Below are positions 9,322 to 19,462 of a stretch of DNA of 64,000 nucleotides, piece by piece. Source of the stretch: Alkalispirochaeta sp. GTDB taxonomy: Bacteria > Spirochaetota > Spirochaetia > DSM-27196 > Alkalispirochaetaceae. The translations under genes were made by a program, and so were the position numbers. Location: contig OZ271854.1 of NCBI GenBank assembly GCA_965601925.1, forward strand, positions 4,608,001 to 4,672,000, in the 5' to 3' direction. How positions within the stretch are numbered: the stretch's first letter is position 1; each line of letters opens with the position of its first letter. Under the pieces are notes generated by a model. That model did not search any database, was not told the DNA's origin, and worked only from the letters and a program-made list of their open reading frames with translations.

Positions 9322-10767
9322 CTATCGGTGCGGAAAGACCATGAGCGAGGCGAGCTCGGTGACGTCGGCGACATCCTCCAACGTCCAGACGCACTCGATG
9401 ATCCGATCGATCCGCGCGGTATCCATATATTCCTCGGCCATCGTACGAAACTTTTCCTCGAGCTCTCCGTCGGTGACCGGGTCGTCACCGATACCGTGGG
9501 GAACTTCGATCCGTTTGACCAAGCGGCGACCGTCGCGCGTCAGAATTACCGAGACTGCGGCGCGGCCGAGGGGCCCGGCGTCATCGATGATTTTGAGGTG
9601 AACCCTGCCGGCGAGGTCGATGATAACGGGATCGTCGAAGTGTTCCTCGCGATACGCCTCGGCACCGAGGGTGCGCCTGGCGATGATCGACGCCGTCGTG
9701 AAATAGGCGCTGTGGTCCGCCGTCTCGCCGTTGCGTGGGTAGCGCCATGAGCCGAGATAGCTGTTGTTGCGCCAGAGCCCTACCGGCACGTGGAGGGTAA
9801 CCGACTCGATGTCCGCTGGGCCGAGGTCGTGCTCGACGACCAAGGCGTGCGTCGCCGCGAGGTGCGTCCGATTTCCCCCCGAGGCGGCAAAGGTCTTGTA
9901 CTTCGTATCCAAAATGCGCCATACGTTAAAGTTGAGAAGCGCTTCGAGATCCATCTCATCGTCCAAAAGCCCCTGTTTGACGCCGCCGTGTCCCTCCACC
10001 ACGCGGATCGGCCCGGTAAAGCCCTCCTTCGCCAAAAGGCACGAGAGGATTGCGTGGTAGGAGCCGAACCCGAAGCGCAGGTTCTTGGCCATCGTCAGCT
10101 CCTCCTGGCAGGAGTCGAGAATGTAAAGTGGGAAACTGTGGCTCGCCGAAATCCCCACGGCGTTGGCGATCTCTTCTTCCGAGAGTCCTAACAGTCGCCC
10201 CAGGACCGGCGGCATGCTCAGTGCCGCTCGAGCGTCGAAATTGAGTCCCTTCTTTTTCCACGCCGTTCCCGATCCGCCGCCGGCGGTCAGCGCAGGGCCG
10301 GTAAGAGAGTCGGTGATGCGGGCGCCCAACTCGTAGGAGGCGACGACGGCGGTCAAAAAGCTCCGCCCGCCGGCGTGTTGGCGCTCGGCGACGGCGAGAA
10401 TCGCCGGAATGGCGTCGCTGTTGTGCCCCCCTCCCCCACCGTCGTTGAAGTCGAGATAGCGCGTCAAAAAGGAGTTGACGACGGTCGCGTTGAGCGCGCT
10501 GGTCCGAATACCGGTCCCGAAGGTGGTCGCCTCCTCGACACCGCCGACGGCGCGAATCGCCCGCTCGCACGCCGCGCGTCCCGGCGCGTAGTAGGCGCCG
10601 ATCGCACACCCCAGGGCGTCCAGAACGGACCGTTTTGCCTGCCCGACGACCGCCGGGGGCAGCTCGTCGTAGTCGAGTCGGAGGGCGTACCGCGCGAGTT
10701 GCCAGGCGACGCTCGAGCGATATTGAAGGTCCCTCCGTTCCCAGTACAAATCTTTCAGTCGATGCAC
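9322..10767 (-). CDS. MmgE/PrpD family protein
   Basis: LDALGCAIG, RYLDFND, GHNSD, EGFTGP and ADHS motifs. GTG start at 10767 after AAAGGAG. Confidence 0.9.
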   Translation of the reverse strand: MHRLKDLYWERRDLQYRSSVAWQLARYALRLDYDELPPAVVGQAKRSVLDALGCAIGAYYAPGRAACERAIRAVGGVEEATTFGTGIRTSALNATVVNSFLTRYLDFNDGGGGGHNSDAIPAILAVAERQHAGGRSFLTAVVASYELGARITDSLTGPALTAGGGSGTAWKKKGLNFDARAALSMPPVLGRLLGLSEEEIANAVGISASHSFPLYILDSCQEELTMAKNLRFGFGSYHAILSCLLAKEGFTGPIRVVEGHGGVKQGLLDDEMDLEALLNFNVWRILDTKYKTFAASGGNRTHLAATHALVVEHDLGPADIESVTLHVPVGLWRNNSYLGSWRYPRNGETADHSAYFTTASIIARRTLGAEAYREEHFDDPVIIDLAGRVHLKIIDDAGPLGRAAVSVILTRDGRRLVKRIEVPHGIGDDPVTDGELEEKFRTMAEEYMDTARIDRIIECVWTLEDVADVTELASLMVFPHR

Positions 10768-10893
10768 GCACTCTCCTTTGTCAGTTTCATACACTCTGCC
10801 CCAGGGAGCGGAATTCTACCACTGCGAGTTTCGGCCCTTGCCGTCGACGACGCTTCAAAAAATCGACAACTCTTCACTATTCGGCGGACCGCA

Positions 10894-10922
10894 TTGACGC
10901 CCTACCGGAGCCGTGCCACGAT
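10894..10922 (+). promoter_or_regulatory. Sigma70-type promoter TTGACG-N17-CACGAT with extended -10 TG
   Basis: Sequence match with 17-nt spacing, 10 nt upstream of ATG 10933. Confidence 0.5.
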
Positions 10923-10932
10923 TTTCGAGCAT

Positions 10933-12030
10933 ATGAACATAACCGGATTGACGAGTTACTATACCCGCGGCGCTTACTACGTCGCCGTAGATACCGCGGA
11001 GGGGGTACGGGGAGTCGGCGAGTGCAGCCGCATGCACAACGACGCAGTCGCCCAAATTATGGACAAGACGATCGCGCCGGCGGTGATCGGCACGTCGATC
11101 TTCGATACCGAGCTTCTCGAAGAGCGGGTGATGACACGCCACTACAAGATCTCAGGCCAGCTCTTGGCCATGGCGTTCAGCGGTGTGGAGATCGCCGTCC
11201 AGGACGCCCGCGCCCGGGCGGTCGGGCAACCGCTGTACAACCTCATCGGCGGCCGATATCGATCCTCGATTCCCCTGTACGCCTCCTTGACCCTCCGCAA
11301 CATGAGCCTGGAAGAGGAGTGCGCCTTTATCGCCCAACGGGTGGCCGAGGGCGGATTTGAGGGCGTCAAGATCAAGATCGGTCCCCGTATGGGCCGCTCA
11401 CGAGAGATCGTAGATATCGAGGAGGACGTGAAGAAGGTTCGCGCCGTACGCGCCGCTCTCGGTCCCGGTCCCAAGCTCATGATCGACGCCAACAGCTCCT
11501 ACAACTACATCCAAGCGGTGCGCCTCTGGGAGCGCGTCAAAGAGTACGATATCTACCACTTCGAGGAGCCGTGCCCCTACTGGGACGTCGAGACGTACGT
11601 CAAACTCGCCTCGACGTTGCCCGTTGCGATCCATGTAGGAGAGCAGGATTGGAACTTGTACACCTTTCGCGACTTTGTCGCTCGCGGGGCGTGCCACCTC
11701 TACGCCGTAGACCCCGTCAAGTGCGGCGGCATTTCCAACGCAAAACGCGCCGCAACGCTCTGCCGCGCCCACGGCGTCACCTATGTGCCGCACAACACGT
11801 CCCGCGGCGTCGGTTTGGCGTCGATGCTCCACATTGCCGCATCCACGCCAGAGTTCAACTATTACGGTGAATACAAGATCAATCCCTTTGAAAAGGCCGA
11901 GGAGTATCTCGTCGAACGCCTTCCCATCGCCGACGGGCGCATCGCGGTGCCCGAGGGGCCTGGACTCGGCATCGAGATCGATTGGGACGAGCTCACCAAG
12001 ACGACGACGGTCGTTAAGCACGCGCGTTAG
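10933..12030 (+). CDS. Mandelate racemase/muconate lactonizing (enolase superfamily) enzyme
   Basis: KIKIG, DANSSY, FEEP, GEQD, PH and PGLG motifs. ATG start at 10933. Confidence 0.9.
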   Translation: MNITGLTSYYTRGAYYVAVDTAEGVRGVGECSRMHNDAVAQIMDKTIAPAVIGTSIFDTELLEERVMTRHYKISGQLLAMAFSGVEIAVQDARARAVGQPLYNLIGGRYRSSIPLYASLTLRNMSLEEECAFIAQRVAEGGFEGVKIKIGPRMGRSREIVDIEEDVKKVRAVRAALGPGPKLMIDANSSYNYIQAVRLWERVKEYDIYHFEEPCPYWDVETYVKLASTLPVAIHVGEQDWNLYTFRDFVARGACHLYAVDPVKCGGISNAKRAATLCRAHGVTYVPHNTSRGVGLASMLHIAASTPEFNYYGEYKINPFEKAEEYLVERLPIADGRIAVPEGPGLGIEIDWDELTKTTTVVKHAR

Positions 12031-12142
12031 CGCCGAGAAGGAGTATGGCGTTCATATCGACAGCCGTCGACGGCCATCCGGGGTCGTTTGTGAGTTTTCC
12101 GTTAGTATGCGATACTGACGGGCCGAATATGGGGAGATCCCT

Positions 12143-13603
12143 GTGACACTACTGAGGCGCGTATGTGTCGTCGTCGCCGCGATGGTGTTGACGGCGGCGT
12201 GCGGCGCTCCTCCGCAAACGGGTAACGGCACCGCGTCGGCGCCCCATACGATCTCAATCGTCACAGTCTATGAAGGGTCACGGCGTCCGACCGACGACTC
12301 ACACACCATCCGGCGCATGGAGGAGTACGCCGGCGTCGACCTCGATATCGAATGGGTACCGGCACGTATCTACGAGGATCGGATGAGCGTCATCTTGACC
12401 TCCGGAGAGGCGCCGATGGTCATAACCGCCCTGGACACGACCTCGCCGACGGTCGTCGACGCCGTTCAGAGCGATCGGTTTTGGGAGATCGGCCCCGCCC
12501 TGAGACAATTCTCTCGATTACGCATTATGGATCGGACGCTCTATCGCCATACGTCGATCGACGGCGAGATCTACGGCGTCGTCCGGGCGCGCAACCGAGC
12601 CCCGTGGGGCGTCGTCTATCGTAAGGACTGGCTTGAGCGCCTGGGACTCGACGAGCCGCGGTCGATCGAGGAGCTCTACGAGACATTGGCCGCCTTTGCC
12701 GCGATCGACACGGACGGCGACGGCGGGAACGACTCCTACGGAATCACCGAGAGCGTCGATCCCAACGGGGAGATACTCGGCTTTCCGATCGTGACCTCGT
12801 ATTTCGGCGGTTTCCCGAGCTGGGGGTTCTACTTCGGCGAGATCGTGCCGGCGCACCTCACGCCGGCGTACCGCCGCGCCATGGAGTTCTATCGCCGACT
12901 CTACTCGGAAGGGATTCTCGCCCCCGATTTTGTATACGCCGATCGCGCAATTCGTCGGCGGAACTTTGACGAAGGACGTGCCGGATTGTACTTCGGTGCC
13001 CTGGAGGACGCGTTACACCACGATCTCGACGACTCCGCAGGCGAGGTCGACGTCATCGGTCGCCTCCTCTCGCCCTTGGGTTACTACCGAGTACCCGCCG
13101 CCGCGGGGCACAGCGGTATTTTTATGTTTCCCCGCGCGACGATCGAGAACGAAGGGGAGCTCGAACGCGTTCTCGCCTTCTTCGAACGCCTGTGCGAGCC
13201 GCCGATGCAGGAGCTGTTGCGTTGGGGCATCGACGACGGAGGACCGGACGACCGCCGCGACTCATCGCTCTCCGAGGCGTTGGAGGTCAGGCGACAGTTC
13301 AGGATCTGTTATCCCGAGACCGTTCGAGGCGATACACCGCTGTCGAGTCTGGCGGAAAAAATCTATCGCATCCAAGAGGAGAACGTGCAGTATCTGACGG
13401 AGAGTCCGACGGAGTCTCTCGTCTCCCCGACCTATCGAGAGCGCGGTCCGGATTTGACGCGGATCGTCAACGACGCGCGCCTACAGTTCATCCTCGGGGA
13501 GATCGACTGGGACGGGTGGGAGGCGGCGATCGAATCGTGGCGCGAGAACGGCGGTGACGAGATGGTGCGAGAATACAATGCGCAATATCGTGCGGGGCGA
13601 TAA
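12143..13603 (+). CDS. Extracellular solute-binding lipoprotein (carbohydrate ABC family 1, LplA/YtcQ-like)
   Basis: Lipobox LTAA-C, YRKDWLERLGLDEP and C-terminal W...GG...EYN pattern. Confidence 0.9.
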   Translation: MTLLRRVCVVVAAMVLTAACGAPPQTGNGTASAPHTISIVTVYEGSRRPTDDSHTIRRMEEYAGVDLDIEWVPARIYEDRMSVILTSGEAPMVITALDTTSPTVVDAVQSDRFWEIGPALRQFSRLRIMDRTLYRHTSIDGEIYGVVRARNRAPWGVVYRKDWLERLGLDEPRSIEELYETLAAFAAIDTDGDGGNDSYGITESVDPNGEILGFPIVTSYFGGFPSWGFYFGEIVPAHLTPAYRRAMEFYRRLYSEGILAPDFVYADRAIRRRNFDEGRAGLYFGALEDALHHDLDDSAGEVDVIGRLLSPLGYYRVPAAAGHSGIFMFPRATIENEGELERVLAFFERLCEPPMQELLRWGIDDGGPDDRRDSSLSEALEVRRQFRICYPETVRGDTPLSSLAEKIYRIQEENVQYLTESPTESLVSPTYRERGPDLTRIVNDARLQFILGEIDWDGWEAAIESWRENGGDEMVREYNAQYRAGR

Positions 13604-13605
13604 CG

Positions 13606-15924
13606 GTGACTAACGTCTCTCTGTTTCTCCGCTCTCGACGCTATCTCGTCCGTATTTTCAGCTTTGTAGCCGGTGCGTTGACCCTCTTGTTGACCCTCTT
13701 CTCGGTCATTTACTACACCAACGTGCAGCGTCGCGTCATCGCCGGCGAGCACGCCGTCGCCCTGCGCGAGCTGATCCAGGTACGACATCACATCGCCCTC
13801 GTCGACGAGATGGTCAGAAATGCTTCGCGCTACGTCTATTTTCATCCGGCGACACAGGAGCTGCTGGTTAATGATGATGTCGACCACATCGCCTCGGCCA
13901 ACTACGCGCTCTATCGCTCGTTTCAGCGCCTCCTCGCCGTCTCCTCGGTATTCGATTCCCTGTATCTGTTCAACGCCAACACGGGGACGGTCTATTCGAC
14001 GGATCGCGGCATATTCCGTTCGCCCCAGGCGATCGACGAGCTCCTGACGCGCTACCCGCAGCTCTCGGCGTTTCAACCGGTGTTGCGCCGCGATACCGCG
14101 GGGCTGATCGAGGGCGGCGAGGGCGTGTGGGTGCTGTCATACTTCCTCGGCACGACGCGGCGAGACGACGAGGGGCACGGAGGCGTACTCTTCAATATCG
14201 ATCCGGGACGCCTCCTGGGGAACATACACGCCGACGGCGGCGGGACGGACGATCGTCTCTTTATCGTGACCGACGAGGGGCTGGTGATCGATCCGGTGGA
14301 AGGTCCTGAGGCGCTCCCGATCGCCGCGCGACAAGTCGTGACGGAACGCGAGCCGTCGGGACACCTGGTGATACGGACCGGTGGAGACCGCTTTCTGATC
14401 AGTTATGCCGCTGTGGAGCGCTTGGGCTGGACCGTCGTGCGGATGAGGCCGTATCGCACGGCGTTGGCGCTCTCGCAACAGCTCAGACGGCCCAACATCA
14501 TCATCACCGTTTTATTCCTCACCTTCGTCGTCCTTACGGCGGTCTTCGTCTCTCTCGTGCTCTACCGGCCGGTTCGGCGACTCGTCGAGGCCGTCGAAAT
14601 CGACTCGATGAGCGCCGCCGAGGGTGGTGATTCGGAGTTTGAGATACTGCAAGACGCCTACGCCGACCTCGCCTCGCGCCTGGACGCGATGCGTCTCCAC
14701 GAGTACGCCAATACCGACACATTGAAGCGGTACTCGCTCCGGACACTCTTCATCGATAGTTTTGCCGTCGAGACGGCCGACGTCGAACGGCGCGGCGTCG
14801 CCGCCGATATGGAGGTCGATCTATTGCGCCCATTGATCGTCGCCGTCGCGCGGATAGACGGATTACGCGATTTGGCGGCGCACCGGAGCGACGAGGAGTT
14901 GGAGCTCCTCAAACTCGGCACGATGAAGGAGGCGACGGACATACTCGCCGAACACCGTATCGCCGCCGAGGCGGCACCCATGCCTCGGGGACGCGTGGGA
15001 ATCTTGATCAACACGACCTCGCCGGGAGACGCCTACATCGATACCCTCACGCCCATCGTGCGAAGCCTCCAACGGCGGGTTGCCGGGGAGTACGGGATAA
15101 CGGTCTCCGTCGCCCTTAGCGAGCCGGTCGACGATGTGAGGGCGGTAACGCAGGCGTACAACCAGGCGCGAGAGTGGGTACGGTTTCGCAAGGTGCGGGG
15201 CCGCGCCGCGGTGATCACCGCCCGGGAGGCGCACGCCCAGAGTCACGACGCCAATACGTCGTACCCTGAGGAGATCGAGACGTGCCTCCTCGATCACCTC
15301 GCGCGCGGGGAGATCGAGGAGGCCACGGCCGACCTCGCGGAGTTCTTCGGTCGCCTTACGTCGCTGCGCTACCACGATATCGGGCTGAGCATCGCGCGCC
15401 TTCTCGTCGCCATACAGTCGAAGGCCGACGATATCGGGCGCCAGCGCATGCAATCGCTCACCCTCGATCTGTCGACGGTGTACGAGGCGATCTTTACCAG
15501 CGAGCCCCTCGATACCGTGCAGGAACAGATAGCCGAATGGTTGAAACGTTTCGCATCGAACGCGAGCCACGGCCGCAGCGACAAGAGTCAGCTACTCGTA
15601 CAGACGGTAGACGAAATCATCGCCGCAAACATCACCGACGGGGGCCTGTGTCTCAAGACGATCGCCGGCTCACTCCACCTCTCTCCGGCGCACGTCGGCA
15701 AGGTCTACAAACGGCACCAAGGATTCTCCGTGGCAAACGCCATTAACGAGATGCGCCTTACCAAGGCGAGCGAGTTGATCCTGAGCCGCGACATGACCGT
15801 CACCGACGTGATCGCCGCAGTCGGCATCCAGAACGAAACCTACTTCTACCGCCTTTTCAAACAGCGCTTCGGTACGACGCCGCGGGAGTTTGTGCTGCGC
15901 CAGGCGCAACCGTCCAAGTCGTAA
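13606..15924 (+). CDS. Membrane-anchored AraC-family transcriptional regulator (YtdP-like)
   Basis: Two TM segments flank a Cache-like extracytoplasmic region. C-terminal AraC double HTH (YFYRLFKQRFGTTPREF). Confidence 0.9.
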   Translation: MTNVSLFLRSRRYLVRIFSFVAGALTLLLTLFSVIYYTNVQRRVIAGEHAVALRELIQVRHHIALVDEMVRNASRYVYFHPATQELLVNDDVDHIASANYALYRSFQRLLAVSSVFDSLYLFNANTGTVYSTDRGIFRSPQAIDELLTRYPQLSAFQPVLRRDTAGLIEGGEGVWVLSYFLGTTRRDDEGHGGVLFNIDPGRLLGNIHADGGGTDDRLFIVTDEGLVIDPVEGPEALPIAARQVVTEREPSGHLVIRTGGDRFLISYAAVERLGWTVVRMRPYRTALALSQQLRRPNIIITVLFLTFVVLTAVFVSLVLYRPVRRLVEAVEIDSMSAAEGGDSEFEILQDAYADLASRLDAMRLHEYANTDTLKRYSLRTLFIDSFAVETADVERRGVAADMEVDLLRPLIVAVARIDGLRDLAAHRSDEELELLKLGTMKEATDILAEHRIAAEAAPMPRGRVGILINTTSPGDAYIDTLTPIVRSLQRRVAGEYGITVSVALSEPVDDVRAVTQAYNQAREWVRFRKVRGRAAVITAREAHAQSHDANTSYPEEIETCLLDHLARGEIEEATADLAEFFGRLTSLRYHDIGLSIARLLVAIQSKADDIGRQRMQSLTLDLSTVYEAIFTSEPLDTVQEQIAEWLKRFASNASHGRSDKSQLLVQTVDEIIAANITDGGLCLKTIAGSLHLSPAHVGKVYKRHQGFSVANAINEMRLTKASELILSRDMTVTDVIAAVGIQNETYFYRLFKQRFGTTPREFVLRQAQPSKS

Positions 15925-16073
15925 GACTTCCGATACGCCTGACGCGGCGTCCCGAGCCCGTGGAGAGGCGTTTATGTGTCGCCGGTATTCGGTAACTCTA
16001 TCAATCGACGTCCCGTTCAGGCCACACGGCGCCGCATAAAAAAATCCGGGCTCTCGGTTTCGGAGCCGAATAC

Positions 16074-16126
16074 GGAGGAATACCTAGTTTTTGCAGTTTA
16101 CAGTTGAAAACTGCGCCCCGGATAAT
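16074..16126 (+). promoter_or_regulatory. Promoter TTTACA-N18-GATAAT with inverted repeat GCAGTTT-N8-AAACTGC over the -35
   Basis: Seen in sequence upstream of the ABC operon. Partially matches the motif at 32926 and 36841. Confidence 0.45.
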
Positions 16127-16155
16127 CGGAGACCTGAAGGAGGGCTCATCCGGTT

Positions 16156-17142
16156 ATGCTTACCTATATCCTGCGACGGCTGCTCTACATGATACCGACA
16201 CTCTTCGCCGTCTCGTTGGTAGCGTTCATTATCATTCAACTTCCCCCGGGGGATTATCTGACGACCTACATGGCGGAGCTCGAGTCCGAGGGCGGTGTGA
16301 TGGATCAGCAGGAGCTCGAGTATCTCAGAGAGCGCTACGGCTTGGACCAGCCGATTCATGTCCAGTATTTCAAGTGGATCTCGGGGATTCTCCTTCGCGG
16401 CGACTTCGGATACTCCTTTGAATGGGAACGCCCCGTCCGCCTGATGATCTGGACCCGCGTCGGCCTCACCTTTGTGGTAACCCTGACGACGCTCCTCTTC
16501 GTGTGGGCCGTTGCATTTCCCATCGGTTTCTACTCAGCGGTGCGGCAGTACTCGGTCGGCGACTATATCGCGACCTTTTTCGGATTCATCGGCCTTGCAA
16601 CGCCCAACTTCCTGCTCGCCCTTATCCTGATGTATGTCGGGTTTCGATACTTCGGTCAGAGCGTGGGCGGGCTCTTCTCTCCGGAGTACATGGACGCCCC
16701 GTGGAGTGTTGCGCGCTTTCTCAACCTCCTTTCGCACCTCTGGATACCGGTGGTCGTCCTCGGCACGGCCGGAACGGCCTCTCTCATCCGCGTCATGCGC
16801 GCCAACTTGCTGGACGAGTTGCGCAAGCCCTACGTCGTGACGGCGCGCGCCAAGGGGCTGAGCGAGGCGCGCCTGTTGGTGAAGTACCCCGTACGGGTCG
16901 CTCTCAACCCCTTTGTCAGCACCCTCGGATGGGTGCTGCCGCGTCTGGTATCGGGATCGGTCGTAACCGCCGTCGTTCTCAACCTTCCCACGACGGGGCC
17001 GATCATGCTCAGGGCCCTCCGATCACAAGACATGTATCTGGCGGGCAGCTTCGTGCTGCTACTCAGCACGCTGACCGTCATCGGGACGCTCGTCTCGGAC
17101 ATACTGCTCGCCTGGCTCGACCCGCGCATCCGTTACCACTGA
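16156..17142 (+). CDS. Peptide/nickel-type ABC transporter permease (DppB/OppB-like)
   Basis: GLDQP, GDFGYS, TARAKGL and LDPRIR motifs. Confidence 0.95.
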   Translation: MLTYILRRLLYMIPTLFAVSLVAFIIIQLPPGDYLTTYMAELESEGGVMDQQELEYLRERYGLDQPIHVQYFKWISGILLRGDFGYSFEWERPVRLMIWTRVGLTFVVTLTTLLFVWAVAFPIGFYSAVRQYSVGDYIATFFGFIGLATPNFLLALILMYVGFRYFGQSVGGLFSPEYMDAPWSVARFLNLLSHLWIPVVVLGTAGTASLIRVMRANLLDELRKPYVVTARAKGLSEARLLVKYPVRVALNPFVSTLGWVLPRLVSGSVVTAVVLNLPTTGPIMLRALRSQDMYLAGSFVLLLSTLTVIGTLVSDILLAWLDPRIRYH

Positions 17143-17167
17143 TCCGTAGTTACGAGGAGAACAGACT

Positions 17168-18379
17168 GTGAGTACCGATATACAACACGATGAACACGCA
17201 CCCGGCGCCGCACCGGAGTCCAACGGCGTCGATACGACGCGCACTGCCGTTGCACCGGACGACCTTCCGTCGCCCCCCCTCGATGAGTCGCGCGTCGCCG
17301 TCGCCGGACAATGGCAGCTCATGTGGTGGAAGTTCCGCAAACACAAGCTTGCGATGGCCGGGGGCATCGTCGTCATACTGATTTATCTCGTCTCGATCTT
17401 TGCCGAGTTCCTCGCACCCTTTCCCCGGGAGTTGTATCGCGCCGATTTCACATACGCGCCTCCCATGAGGTTACGGTTTCGGATGCCGACGGATGATGGA
17501 GGGTATCGTTTTCACCCCTTCGTCTACGGCTACGATGTGGAAGTCGATCCCGTCGCCCTTCGTCGCATTTTTATCGAGGACCGCAGCCGCGTTATCCCGG
17601 TCGGATTCCTCGTCCGCGGATACGAGTACCGTCTACTCGGACTCTTCCCCGCTCGCCGCCACCTCATCGGTCCGGTACACGAGGGCGATCCGATGTATCT
17701 ATTGGGGGCCGATAGGCTGGGTCGCGACCTGTTCAGCAGGATAATCTACGGCACGCGGGTATCTACCTCGATCGGACTGGTGGGTGTCGCCCTGAGCTTC
17801 TTTCTCGGGATCCTTCTCGGCGGTATCTCGGGGCTGTACGGCGGTACGGTGGACATCATGATTCAGCGCGTCATCGAGTTCTTACGCGCCATCCCCACGA
17901 TCCCGCTTTGGATGGGCCTCGCCGCCGCCATTCCCCTCGACTGGCCGCCGCTACGCGTCTACTTTGCCATCACCGTCATCCTCTCACTGATCGGGTGGAC
18001 CGGCCTGGCACGGGTCGTTCGCGGACGGTTTCTCTCTCTGCGCACCGAGGACTTTGTCGTTGCCGCGCGGCTGGACGGTGCACCGCAGGTCCGGATCATC
18101 TTCCGACACATGGTGCCCTCCTTTTTGAGCCATATCATCACCCGCATTACCCTCTCGGTTCCGGGGATGATCCTCAGTGAGACCTCTCTCAGCTTTCTCG
18201 GTATCGGCCTCAGACCGCCGGTAGTCAGTTGGGGAGTGCTATTGAACGAGGCGCAGAACATCCGCGCCGTTGCGACGGCGCCGTGGCTCCTGACGCCGGG
18301 GATCGCGGTCATCGTCGCCGTCTTAGCACTCAACTTCTTGGGCGACGGCCTGCGCGACGCCGCCGATCCGTATCGATAG
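17168..18379 (+). CDS. Peptide/nickel-type ABC transporter permease (DppC/OppC-like)
   Basis: LGADRLGRD, LSFLGIG and GDGLRDAADP motifs. Confidence 0.95.
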   Translation: MSTDIQHDEHAPGAAPESNGVDTTRTAVAPDDLPSPPLDESRVAVAGQWQLMWWKFRKHKLAMAGGIVVILIYLVSIFAEFLAPFPRELYRADFTYAPPMRLRFRMPTDDGGYRFHPFVYGYDVEVDPVALRRIFIEDRSRVIPVGFLVRGYEYRLLGLFPARRHLIGPVHEGDPMYLLGADRLGRDLFSRIIYGTRVSTSIGLVGVALSFFLGILLGGISGLYGGTVDIMIQRVIEFLRAIPTIPLWMGLAAAIPLDWPPLRVYFAITVILSLIGWTGLARVVRGRFLSLRTEDFVVAARLDGAPQVRIIFRHMVPSFLSHIITRITLSVPGMILSETSLSFLGIGLRPPVVSWGVLLNEAQNIRAVATAPWLLTPGIAVIVAVLALNFLGDGLRDAADPYR

Positions 18380-18388
18380 GAGGAGACC

Positions 18389-19462
18389 GTGTCGGATACT
18401 TCACGCTTCAAAGCGCCCGTCACCGACGACCACGACCGGCCGGCGGGGGATGTGCTACTCGAGCTCAAGGAGCTTCGTACCCATTTCTTCACCGACGAGG
18501 GAGTCGTCAAGGCTGTCGACGGGGTGAACTTTCGTATCAAGCGGGGCGAGACGTTCTGCGTCGTCGGGGAGTCGGGGTGCGGAAAGTCGGTCACGGCCTT
18601 CTCGATACTGAACTTGGTGGAACCGCCGGGACGCATCGTCTCCGGCGAGATTCTCTATCGCAACCCCGACGACGATACGGTCAAGGACCTCGCCGCGATG
18701 GACCGCAAGGGAAGCGAACTGCGGCGCATTCGCGGACACGACATCGCCATGATCTTCCAGGAGCCGATGTCCTCCCTGAGCCCGGTACACACGATCGGGG
18801 ATCAGATCGGAGAGGCGATACGGCTCCACAACGACCATATGACCAAGCGCGCGATCACCGAGGAGACGATCCGTCTCCTAAGGCGAGTCGGTCTTCCTCG
18901 CGCCGAGACGCAGATCGACTCCTATCCCTTTCAATTGTCTGGCGGCATGCGCCAGCGAGCGATGATCGCGATGGCCCTCTCGTGCAAACCCAAGCTCCTG
19001 ATCGCCGATGAGCCGACTACCGCGTTGGACGTCACCATGCAGGCGGTAATCTTGGATCTCATCAAAGAGCTCCAAGAGGACTTCGGCATGTCGGTCATGT
19101 TTATCACTCACGATTTGGGCGTCGTTGCCGAGATCGCCGACAACGTGGCGGTGATGTATCTGGGCAGCGTGGTGGAACATGGGAGCGTTGAGGCGATATT
19201 CAACGATCCGAAGCACCCCTATACGCAGGCCCTGCTCCGGTCGATTCCGATGATCGGCGCGACGCGGCACCAGCGGCTCAATACGATCCGCGGCATGGTT
19301 CCCCACCCCTTTGCGCGCCCCGGCGGGTGCCCGTTCCACGACCGGTGCGACCAGTTTATGCCCGGGCGGTGCAACACGATCGTGCCGACCGATACTGCAA
19401 CCGAGGACGGGCGCACCGTGCGCTGCCTCCTCTACGAAGACGACACCGCGGGAGGTCGATGA
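18389..19462 (+). CDS. ABC transporter ATP-binding protein (DppD/OppD-like)
   Basis: [28 protein letters not shown] and C-terminal Cys cluster. Confidence 0.95.
   Translation: MSDTSRFKAPVTDDHDRPAGDVLLELKELRTHFFTDEGVVKAVDGVNFRIKRGETFCVVGESGCGKSVTAFSILNLVEPPGRIVSGEILYRNPDDDTVKDLAAMDRKGSELRRIRGHDIAMIFQEPMSSLSPVHTIGDQIGEAIRLHNDHMTKRAITEETIRLLRRVGLPRAETQIDSYPFQLSGGMRQRAMIAMALSCKPKLLIADEPTTALDVTMQAVILDLIKELQEDFGMSVMFITHDLGVVAEIADNVAVMYLGSVVEHGSVEAIFNDPKHPYTQALLRSIPMIGATRHQRLNTIRGMVPHPFARPGGCPFHDRCDQFMPGRCNTIVPTDTATEDGRTVRCLLYEDDTAGGR

Noticed and set aside
16038..16123. A-run plus nested hairpins suggesting a leader RNA or terminator
   Set aside because: The stems overlap each other and the predicted promoter, and the U-tract is on the wrong strand for the flanking + genes. 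It is treated as DNA-level regulation instead.
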